A stretch of DNA of 12,662 nucleotides from Opitutales bacterium. Its GTDB lineage: Bacteria > Verrucomicrobiota > Verrucomicrobiia > Opitutales > UBA9783. Below the pieces are notes generated by a model that was not told the origin of the DNA, did not search any database, and saw only the letters and a program-made list of their open reading frames with translations. The position numbers and the translations under genes are program-made. Shown here piece after piece: positions 1-6,456 of this stretch (positions are counted from its first letter, which is position 1; each line of letters starts with the position of its first letter). The stretch is taken from the NCBI GenBank assembly GCA_024407725.1, contig JAKSVZ010000018.1, positions 1-12,662 on the forward strand, in the 5' to 3' direction.

Positions 1-25
1 AAAAAAATGGTGATATTCCGGTAGT

Positions 26-616
26 GTGCACCGCTTTACAGAAGAGGGATTAAAAGAAATTAGCGATTTAGGAACTGATTTTTTTGATAGTGTTGCGGCG
101 GTTGGAATGCATCATGCTTATGTTCATGGGCTGTTGGAACATACGGTGCATGTAACGCGTTTAGTTGGTGCTTTATTGCCTTTTTATTCCGATATTAATG
201 CGGATTTAGCGCTTGCGGGAGCTATTTTGCACGACATCGGTAAGGTATTGGAGTATCGCTATGCCCCAGAAGGCATTGAACGGACGCCCATCGGACGTTT
301 GCAAGGGCACGTGGCCTTGGGTTATCGTTTGGTCCATGATGCAGCCGTAAAGAGCAAACTGCATCCAGGATGGCAAGAGCGCTTAGAGCATGTTATCTTA
401 GCCCATCAAGGGGAGTTGGAATGGGGAGCTGCGGTTTTACCTTCCAGCCCAGAAGCGATTTTGGTGAGCTTGGCGGACAATGCAGATGCGAAATTAGCTA
501 TGGTTCATACGCAATTGAAGCGAACGGTAGCAACTCAGCCATTTTCTGAAAAAGATCTAGGATTAAACACCTGTTTGTTGACCCAAGCGGTTCCTGATCC
601 GGATGAAGCTCATTAA
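26..616 (+). CDS. HD-domain metal-dependent phosphohydrolase, resembling the C-terminal HD half of YhaM-type 3'-5' exoribonucleases
   Basis: 196-aa ORF. HD signature is present (GMHHAYVHGLLEHTVHV ... AGAILHDIGKV ... LAHQGELEWG ... ADNADAK), collinear with the HD half of B. subtilis YhaM as I recall it. The GTG start at 26 lies 13 nt after an in-frame TGA (11-13). YhaM-type proteins normally have an N-terminal OB-fold that is not visible here, so the 5' end is uncertain. Confidence 0.6.
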   Translation: MHRFTEEGLKEISDLGTDFFDSVAAVGMHHAYVHGLLEHTVHVTRLVGALLPFYSDINADLALAGAILHDIGKVLEYRYAPEGIERTPIGRLQGHVALGYRLVHDAAVKSKLHPGWQERLEHVILAHQGELEWGAAVLPSSPEAILVSLADNADAKLAMVHTQLKRTVATQPFSEKDLGLNTCLLTQAVPDPDEAH

Positions 617-619
617 GCT

Positions 620-1342
620 ATGGAAGAACGCTTACAAAAGGTAATTGCACGCTTGTATGGTATTTCGCGCCGCCATGCAGAGGAACTGATTGCCGAAGGG
701 AGCGTGTTGGTTAATGGTATCAAGGCGTGTTTGGGCGCCAAAATTGATTGCGGGCGCGATTGCGTCATTATCGGTAATCAAAAAATTTCATCGAGTGCTT
801 TACAGAGGAATTTTAAGCAAGAGGTTTGGATGCTTTTTAAGCCTCAGGGAGTGGTTTGTACGCACGACAATCCTATTTCCAACAATACGCTGGAACCTTA
901 TGTGCCCGCTCCTTTGCGGCGCCAAAAATGGTTGTTTATCGGACGTTTGGATAAAGATAGCGAAGGGCTGTTGTTGTTAACCAACGATGGGGATTTTGCA
1001 AATCGTGTGGCGCATCCTTCTGCCAACATTGAAAAAGTGTACCGAGTGCATTTGGATCAACCCTTCAATTTAGCTCATGCGAATGCGTTAAAGCAGGGAC
1101 GTTCGTGTCAGGGCGAATGGTTGCATTTTCATTCAATCCGCGTGGTAAATTCCCGTAAAATTGATGTGGTGCTCCATCAAGGTAAACGTCGGGAGATTCG
1201 GCGGCTTTTGTTATCCTTTGGTTATCAAGTATTGCGGTTGAAGCGGTGGAAAATCGGCTCATTGATTTTGGATAAACGATTGGCTCCAGGGCAATCACGG
1301 CGCTTAACCCCACAGGAACTGCGTCTGATATTTGAGCATTAA
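620..1342 (+). CDS. Pseudouridine synthase, RsuA/RluB/RluF family, with N-terminal S4 RNA-binding domain
   Basis: 240-aa ORF. S4-like N-terminus (RLQKVIARLYGISRRHAEELIAEGSVLVNG) and the catalytic-Asp motif GRLDKDSEGLLLLTNDG typical of this family. The ATG is 3 nt after the upstream stop, suggesting an operon. Confidence 0.85.
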   Translation: MEERLQKVIARLYGISRRHAEELIAEGSVLVNGIKACLGAKIDCGRDCVIIGNQKISSSALQRNFKQEVWMLFKPQGVVCTHDNPISNNTLEPYVPAPLRRQKWLFIGRLDKDSEGLLLLTNDGDFANRVAHPSANIEKVYRVHLDQPFNLAHANALKQGRSCQGEWLHFHSIRVVNSRKIDVVLHQGKRREIRRLLLSFGYQVLRLKRWKIGSLILDKRLAPGQSRRLTPQELRLIFEH

Positions 1343-1410
1343 TTCGGGGATTTTATCCAGCAGGTTCGTAGAGAACAGGGTTGGCTTTTGAGAAAATTTT
1401 TCTTATAGTA

Positions 1411-2307
1411 ATGCTACGAAAATCAACCCAAAATTTTGTGGAACATAAAGCGAAGCTATTGTTAGGAATTCCGGTTGCGGATGGCATATTGCAAGAAGTC
1501 CAGTCAGGCGTAGCTCGCTTGAAGGGGCGTCCGCCGTATGTGGTTTTTTTGCGCGTTGGTGAAGATGGCGCATCCATTACCTACGTGCAGCAAAAGGCAA
1601 AAAAAGCAGCTTTTGTGGGCATGCGTAGCGAAACCAAAGTATTTCCTGAGTCTATTGCTGAAGCTGATTTAGTGCGTGAAATTCAACGCCTCAATGAGGA
1701 TGCTACGGTTGATGGTATTTTGGTGCAAGCGCCATTGCCGCCGCATTTGGATTTCGTAAAGATGGTCAATCAAATCGCTCCTGAAAAGGATGTGGATGGG
1801 CTAAGTTCTTACCATTTTGGGCGTTTGTGGCAAAATCAGGATGCATTGATTCCGTGTACCCCAGAGGGCATTATGGCTTTGTTGCGGTATTACGGTATTA
1901 CGGTGCAAGGAAAGCATGTGGTGATTGTCAACAGCAGCCTGATTGTTGGTAAGCCCCTTTGTGCTTTATTGATTCAACAAAAAGCAACGGTTACCTTATG
2001 TAATGCGTATACGAACGACCTAGCGTCCATTACCCAACAGGCGGATATTTTGGTGCTAGCCTGCGGTTGCCCCCATGCTTTTGGCAAAAAATTTGTTAAA
2101 GCGGGAGCGGTGGTGATTGATGTAGGCACCACGCGCGTTCCTGCGAATAATGACCGTGGGTATGTTTTGCAGGGAGATGCGGATTTTGATGCTCTTCAGG
2201 ATCACGTACAGGCAATTACTCCTGTTCCGGGTGGAGTTGGCCCTCTGACCGTTGCAGGCGTTATCCACAATACCTTAAAAGCTTATTATTTATGCCATCC
2301 CCAATAA
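1411..2307 (+). CDS. folD: Bifunctional methylenetetrahydrofolate dehydrogenase / methenyltetrahydrofolate cyclohydrolase
   Basis: FolD motifs: DGILVQAPLP, IPCTPEGIM, LIVGKPL, TPVPGGVGPLTVA. The ORF track starts at TTG 1381; I prefer ATG 1411. GTG 1438 is an alternative that matches typical FolD N-terminal length. No clear SD precedes any of the three candidates. Confidence 0.9.
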   Translation: MLRKSTQNFVEHKAKLLLGIPVADGILQEVQSGVARLKGRPPYVVFLRVGEDGASITYVQQKAKKAAFVGMRSETKVFPESIAEADLVREIQRLNEDATVDGILVQAPLPPHLDFVKMVNQIAPEKDVDGLSSYHFGRLWQNQDALIPCTPEGIMALLRYYGITVQGKHVVIVNSSLIVGKPLCALLIQQKATVTLCNAYTNDLASITQQADILVLACGCPHAFGKKFVKAGAVVIDVGTTRVPANNDRGYVLQGDADFDALQDHVQAITPVPGGVGPLTVAGVIHNTLKAYYLCHPQ

Positions 2308-2921
2308 GACCTGTTCCTTTATTATTACCTCCGGCGCCCATGAGTTTGCGGTTATTAGCGGCCCTGTGTGATTTCATGATCATTGGCTTATGTTGTTTGT
2401 TCTTCATTGGGAAGTTATGGATGCCGATGTACGCAACCGATGCGATGCTTGAATTTAATTGCTTGCTAGATACGTACATGCCCAATTTGTTGCAGGGGCA
2501 ATGGGAACCTTTGTTGGAGCAGATCAAACATTCTCCATCGTTGCTAAATTTGTTTCAATCGATAGACCATTTTATCTTCCTCAATACGTGGATTTATTAT
2601 GCCGTCAACGCCTGTTTTCTACAGGGAGGAACGGTAGGAAAGGAGATTTTTAATCTACGAGTGTTAAGTATTTATAATCTGCAACCGCAACCGATCTTCA
2701 ATCGAATTATTCGCTCGGGTCTTTTAAGCTTTTGTTTATTGACGGCTTGGCCATTTTTAATGGTGATGACCGGCTGCTTTATGGCCATTAACAAATTGCA
2801 TCGTGGCTTTCACGACCAGCTATGCCAAACCTATGTGGTTCGGTGTTCAGCGCTAGAACAGATGAAAACCCAAATCGTCCAAGCGGTTCAGCAAGCGGTC
2901 GATGCCGACAAAAACGCTTAG
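2292..2921 (+). CDS. RDD-family integral membrane protein
   Basis: 209-aa hydrophobic ORF. The R/D pair near the N-terminus (SLRLLAALCDFMIIGL) and the C-terminal HDQLCQTYVV match the Arg-Asp-Asp pattern of the RDD family, and there are several hydrophobic helix-length segments. The start is either ATG 2292, overlapping the folD end by 16 nt, or ATG 2340. Confidence 0.65.
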   Translation: MPSPIRPVPLLLPPAPMSLRLLAALCDFMIIGLCCLFFIGKLWMPMYATDAMLEFNCLLDTYMPNLLQGQWEPLLEQIKHSPSLLNLFQSIDHFIFLNTWIYYAVNACFLQGGTVGKEIFNLRVLSIYNLQPQPIFNRIIRSGLLSFCLLTAWPFLMVMTGCFMAINKLHRGFHDQLCQTYVVRCSALEQMKTQIVQAVQQAVDADKNA

Positions 2922-4156
2922 GCCATTGGGCTGCGTTTGGCAGGTTTTCTTTTGAAAGGATGCTTATTATGCCGATGAAACGGCTTATGGGGCGCTTGTG
3001 GCTGTTCCATGGGAACAAAATCGTTCCAAAAGCGTTTGGCCGATACAATGGGTAACGTTTGCTGAATTTTCTTTTCGATCGCGCGCAACAAAGGTTTTTC
3101 TTCGGCGTCGCAAAAGGAATACGCTATGCCGCATTTGCCGGCTCTTCCGGTACGTCCGATGCGATGGACATAGCTTTCAGGCTCATTGGGCAGATCGAAA
3201 TTGATTACATGGCTTACGTTGGAAATATCGATTCCACGCGAAGCTACATCGGTTGCTATTAAAATTCTACTGGTGCCTTGCTGAAATTCTTTCAATGCTC
3301 GCTGACGTTCACGCTGGGATTTATCCCCATGCAGCACGCAATTAACAATGTTAGCTTGCCGTAACCGTCGTCCAATGCGATCGGCGCCATACTTTGTTTT
3401 TGAGAAAACAATCAGGCGTTCGCAGTTTTCTTGCTCGATAATATGCTGTAATAGCTCCTGTTTTTGAGCTTTTGGCATAAAGATCAAAAATGAATCGATG
3501 GTGGACGTAACGGTGGCAGGAGGAGCGACTTCTACTCGCTTGGGTTGCTTCAAAAAGGATTGAACTAAGTGTTCAATGCCTTTGGGAAAGGTTGCAGAAA
3601 ACAGTAGGGTTTGGCGCTGAGTTGGCAATAGCCCCATAATGCTTTTAATGGCCGGCAAAAATCCCATGTCGAGCATGCGGTCGGCCTCATCGAGTACGCA
3701 ACAACTTACGTTGTTTAAAGGCAATAAGGAGCGTTTGTGTAAATCCATTAAACGCCCTGGGGTCGCGACCAAAATATCGATACCCTTTTTAATGGCTCGA
3801 ATTTGGGGATTTTCGTTAACACCGCCGAAAATAGCACCCCAACGCAGAGGAGTATGGCGTCCGTAACGCTTTAAATGTTCCGCTATCTGCAAAGCCAATT
3901 CGCGCGTAGGTACCAAAATTAAGGCTTTGGGTGAGCGACCCGATTGTGCCAATGGCTTCGTGAGTAGGTTTTGTAAAATGGGCAAGGAAAAGGCAGCCGT
4001 TTTCCCTGTTCCGGTTTGAGCAATACCTAACAGGTCATGTCCTTGGAGAATGAGTGGAATAGCTTGATCTTGAATTTGGGTTGCCTGAGTGTAATGCGCT
4101 TCGTCGATTGCTTGTAGCAATAAAGGATCTAAATGGAAGTCCGAAAACAGCGTCAT
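2918..4156 (-). CDS. ATP-dependent DEAD-box RNA helicase (RhlE-like, basic C-terminal tail)
   Basis: 412-aa ORF with the full motif set: Q motif (F..F.L...LLQAI....YTQATQIQ), AQTGTGKT, PTRELA, DEAD (VLDEADRMLDMGF), SAT, ARGID-like (VASRGIDI) and HRIGRTGRAG. The C-terminal tail is Lys/Arg/His-rich. Confidence 0.92.
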   Translation of the reverse strand: MTLFSDFHLDPLLLQAIDEAHYTQATQIQDQAIPLILQGHDLLGIAQTGTGKTAAFSLPILQNLLTKPLAQSGRSPKALILVPTRELALQIAEHLKRYGRHTPLRWGAIFGGVNENPQIRAIKKGIDILVATPGRLMDLHKRSLLPLNNVSCCVLDEADRMLDMGFLPAIKSIMGLLPTQRQTLLFSATFPKGIEHLVQSFLKQPKRVEVAPPATVTSTIDSFLIFMPKAQKQELLQHIIEQENCERLIVFSKTKYGADRIGRRLRQANIVNCVLHGDKSQRERQRALKEFQQGTSRILIATDVASRGIDISNVSHVINFDLPNEPESYVHRIGRTGRAGKCGIAYSFCDAEEKPLLRAIEKKIQQTLPIVSAKRFWNDFVPMEQPQAPHKPFHRHNKHPFKRKPAKRSPMA

Positions 4157-4164
4157 AAGAGGTA

Positions 4165-4193
4165 ATAAAAAGGAGATACGTCGGGCTTGTCAA
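4165..4193 (-). promoter_or_regulatory. Candidate sigma70-type promoter for the DEAD-box helicase gene
   Basis: On the minus strand: TTGACA (4193-4188), a 17-nt spacer, then TTTTAT (4170-4165), with only 8 nt to the ATG at 4156. No SD is visible. The -10 lacks the conserved A at position 2, so this is a hexamer match only. Confidence 0.3.
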
Positions 4194-4272
4194 TAGACTT
4201 CTAGGCTTTTAAAGGAGGCAATGATTTTAGGTTGAATTGGTGGAAGGTTTGGGCTTAACTAAAAGAAGTATT

Positions 4273-5391
4273 ATGAACATTTTTGTTCCTAAAGAGATGG
4301 AGGCTGAGACCCGTGTGGCAGTTACCCCAGAGAGCGTTAAAAAACTTATTGCCTTGGGCTGTTCGGTTACGGTTGAAGCATCAGCAGGAGAAAAAAGTGG
4401 CTTTGTAGATGCAGCGTATCAGGAAGCGGGTGCGCACCTAATTGCTTCAGAGCAACGGCAGGAAACGTTGCGCCAAGCGGATGTGATCGTGAACGTTTTG
4501 CCGTTAGCATTAGAGGATATTGCTTGTTTGCAGCCCAAAGCATGGCATATCAGTTTTTTGGATACGTTTCGTTATGCAGACGCGCTGGCAGCATTCCAGA
4601 AGCAACAAACGAATGTTATTAGCCTAGAGCGTATTCCCCGTACCTCATTTGCCCAAAAGATGGATGCGGTTAGTTCGCAGTCCAATTTGGCAGGTTATGT
4701 TGGGGTGCTCAAGGGTATCGCTTGTTTGAAAAAAGCTGTACCGATGTTTGTAACGGCTGCAGGAACCTTACAACCCGCGCGCGTTTTTGTTATCGGAGCA
4801 GGAGTAGCAGGTCTTCAGGCGATTGCAACCGCTAAACGCTTAGGAGCTAGGGTGGAGGCATTTGATACACGCCCAGAGGTTGAAGAACAGGTGCGTTCGG
4901 TAGGCGCAAAATTCGTCAAAATTGATTTGGGTGAAACCGGCACAACGCAACAAGGCTATGCAAAATCATTGACCGATGAGCAATTGCAGCGCCAACGTGA
5001 ATTGTTGGTAACCACCTGCGCTCGTGCAGACATCGTGATTACAACAGCAAAGGTTTTTGGTCGTAAAGCGCCGATTATCATCAATCAGGCCATCCTAGAT
5101 GCCATGCAACCCAATAGCGTTGTGGTTGATTTGGCGGTTGAAGCAGGAGGAAATACGGAAGGATTGATTGCCGGTCGTACGATACGTACCCATAAGGGCG
5201 TTTATATTTTAGGCGAAGGTTATTGGGAACGTAATGTTCCCATGGCAGCTTCCCAACTGTTTGCGAATAATATAGTAGCGTTCATGCAGCATATATTGGA
5301 TACTGAAAGCGCTCAAATCAAACAGGACGAAAGCGATTCCATCTTGAGCAGTTGCTGGGTCCTTAAGGACGGCCAAAACCGCTTAAAATAA
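4273..5391 (+). CDS. pntA: NAD(P) transhydrogenase alpha subunit, soluble dI part (PntAA-type)
   Basis: The N-terminus MNIFVPKEMEAETRVAVTPESVKKL and the core AGY..V......TAAGTLQPARVFVIGAGVAGLQAIATAKRLGARVEAFDTRPEVEEQVRSVGAKFV match PntA rather than alanine dehydrogenase. No C-terminal membrane helices, hence the split pntAA form. The ORF track begins at TTG 4237; ATG 4273 fits family N-termini. Confidence 0.85.
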   Translation: MNIFVPKEMEAETRVAVTPESVKKLIALGCSVTVEASAGEKSGFVDAAYQEAGAHLIASEQRQETLRQADVIVNVLPLALEDIACLQPKAWHISFLDTFRYADALAAFQKQQTNVISLERIPRTSFAQKMDAVSSQSNLAGYVGVLKGIACLKKAVPMFVTAAGTLQPARVFVIGAGVAGLQAIATAKRLGARVEAFDTRPEVEEQVRSVGAKFVKIDLGETGTTQQGYAKSLTDEQLQRQRELLVTTCARADIVITTAKVFGRKAPIIINQAILDAMQPNSVVVDLAVEAGGNTEGLIAGRTIRTHKGVYILGEGYWERNVPMAASQLFANNIVAFMQHILDTESAQIKQDESDSILSSCWVLKDGQNRLK

Positions 5392-5425
5392 GCCAATATA
5401 GATGGACTTTGCCCGGGCTGTTCCC

Positions 5426-6280
5426 TTAGAAGGTTCTTCCTACGCCCAAATAGATTTGGTCGGAATGCATGGTGCCGAAGGGGAGGCTATGGTCATAAAG
5501 CTTTGAATCTGATGCTTGATGCAAGCCGATATGGCGGTAACCGACTTCAAATAAGGTTTCGAATTTCTCTGCGCGTACAAATAGGGTCATGCTGTACAAC
5601 AACGAACCGGCATGGACATACTTAGAAGCATGTGAAAAATAACACTGACTATTAGCTACCATAGCTCCTCCCTGTAGATAATCAAACCACTGAATCACGT
5701 TAAATTTGGTGCAGATATATGCACCACCAATTCCGCCACCAATACCGATGGATAGGTAATCGAGTAAATACTGCTCCCAATAGACATTGAGCTGAGCACC
5801 GGCAATGCGTTGATTCTTAAAATAATGGCATCGATGATGGCGCAACCAACAATTATTGGCGTCAAATCGAAAAACATCGACGATAATATCTGGAGCAGGT
5901 AGTATTATTTCTTCAACATTCGATGTAGGACGATGGGAATCTTTCCCTTTTAGATAAGCTCCTAGTAGTTCAACTTCAATCCCTACGGCGCCGAGGTCAA
6001 AAATATCAAATCTTCTTCCTAAAGCCACCGATCCGTTATAAGAATGATCATATTGGAATTTGCCCTGTAGACAATCGGGGGTATTGCGATATAAATCAAA
6101 AGTAATACGATGACTGTCTTGAACAAGATAGGGTTCCGTCCATTCTTCATAGGGGATAACCTCTCCTTTAAAATCTCCGAAACCGGAGCGTACCATTACG
6201 TAACCCAAACAGGGCGTGCTTATTCCTAACCCTAGGCTTAAGGTGCCTAAAACCATCCATTTGTGAATTTTGGTTCCCAT
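5426..6280 (-). CDS. Predicted outer-membrane beta-barrel protein, paralog A (uncharacterised family)
   Basis: Start re-called at ATG 6280 (MGTKIHKWMVLGTLSLGLGISTPCLG...), preceded by the SD AAGGAAG. It has a hydrophobic signal peptide, a Gly-rich GIGGGIGGAY block and a terminal ...IYLGVGRTF with C-terminal Phe, a BAM beta-signal-like feature. It is clearly paralogous to 11631-12575. Function is inferred from sequence features only. Confidence 0.75.
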   Translation of the reverse strand: MGTKIHKWMVLGTLSLGLGISTPCLGYVMVRSGFGDFKGEVIPYEEWTEPYLVQDSHRITFDLYRNTPDCLQGKFQYDHSYNGSVALGRRFDIFDLGAVGIEVELLGAYLKGKDSHRPTSNVEEIILPAPDIIVDVFRFDANNCWLRHHRCHYFKNQRIAGAQLNVYWEQYLLDYLSIGIGGGIGGAYICTKFNVIQWFDYLQGGAMVANSQCYFSHASKYVHAGSLLYSMTLFVRAEKFETLFEVGYRHIGLHQASDSKLYDHSLPFGTMHSDQIYLGVGRTF

Positions 6281-6295
6281 ATCTTCCTTGACTTT

Positions 6296-6355
6296 GGGAT
6301 CCTTCTTGCGGGGGATCCTTCTTGCGGGGGATCCTTCTTGCGGGGGATCCTTCTT
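6296..6355. repeat. Perfect tandem direct repeat, 16-bp unit GGGATCCTTCTTGCGG x 3.75 (gene-sense CCGCAAGAAGGATCCC)
   Basis: Read directly: units at 6296-6311, 6312-6327 and 6328-6343, plus a partial 6344-6355, with no mismatches. The array ends 15 nt upstream of the paralog A start codon. Confidence 0.97.
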
Positions 6356-6362
6356 AGAAGAA

Positions 6363-6391
6363 ATTGTGAGTGCAGTTTTTATACTTTGCAA
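6363..6391 (-). promoter_or_regulatory. Weak candidate promoter for OMP paralog A
   Basis: On the minus strand: TTGCAA (6391-6386), a 17-nt spacer, then CACAAT (6368-6363). The predicted TSS at about 6356 is the distal edge of the tandem repeat, which would put the whole array in the 5' UTR. The -10 is weak (4/6). Confidence 0.25.
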
Positions 6392-6407
6392 GCTTTTTTT
6401 ACTTTTT

Positions 6408-6436
6408 TTGAAAAGGTACTGTTTATGCTTTATAAT
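6408..6436 (+). promoter_or_regulatory. Candidate sigma70-type promoter for glgP
   Basis: TTGAAA (6408-6413), a 17-nt spacer, then a consensus TATAAT (6431-6436), 20 nt upstream of the glgP ATG. An A/T-rich tract lies immediately upstream (6391-6407). Confidence 0.5.
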
Positions 6437-6456
6437 AATAGAGAACCTCGACTCCT

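Noticed and set aside
4212-4235. The strongest SD in the window (AAGGAGG, 4212-4218) is followed by a 4-codon mini-ORF, ATG ATT TTA GGT TGA (4221-4235), upstream of pntA, suggesting a leader peptide or uORF.
   Set aside because: The SD-to-ATG spacing is only 2 nt, the ORF is 4 codons, and there is no associated attenuator structure. It is most likely fortuitous. It is also too far (18 nt) from the TTG at 4237 to rescue that start.
5392-5425. The GCCCGGGC palindrome between pntA and paralog A, and the CCGGGC/T7 tract between fmt and paralog B (11561-11630), as bidirectional terminators.
   Set aside because: The palindrome has no loop, so no stable hairpin forms. At 11561-11630 I found only 4-5 bp stems (TGTCT/AGACA, GGGA/TCCC), none adjacent to a U-run.
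6296-6355. The tandem repeats could be a CRISPR array.
   Set aside because: The units are directly abutting with no spacers, are only 15-16 bp long, and no cas genes are present.
6281-6391. The ORF-track N-terminal extension of paralog A (MQSIKTALTISSKKDPPQEGSPARRIPRKKDPKVKED...) reads through the tandem repeat.
   Set aside because: The start at 6391 is a TTG with no SD. The 16-bp unit is not a multiple of 3, so the peptide does not repeat. The extension would bury the signal peptide 37 aa from the N-terminus. Paralog B starts at the position equivalent to ATG 6280, which has a strong SD.
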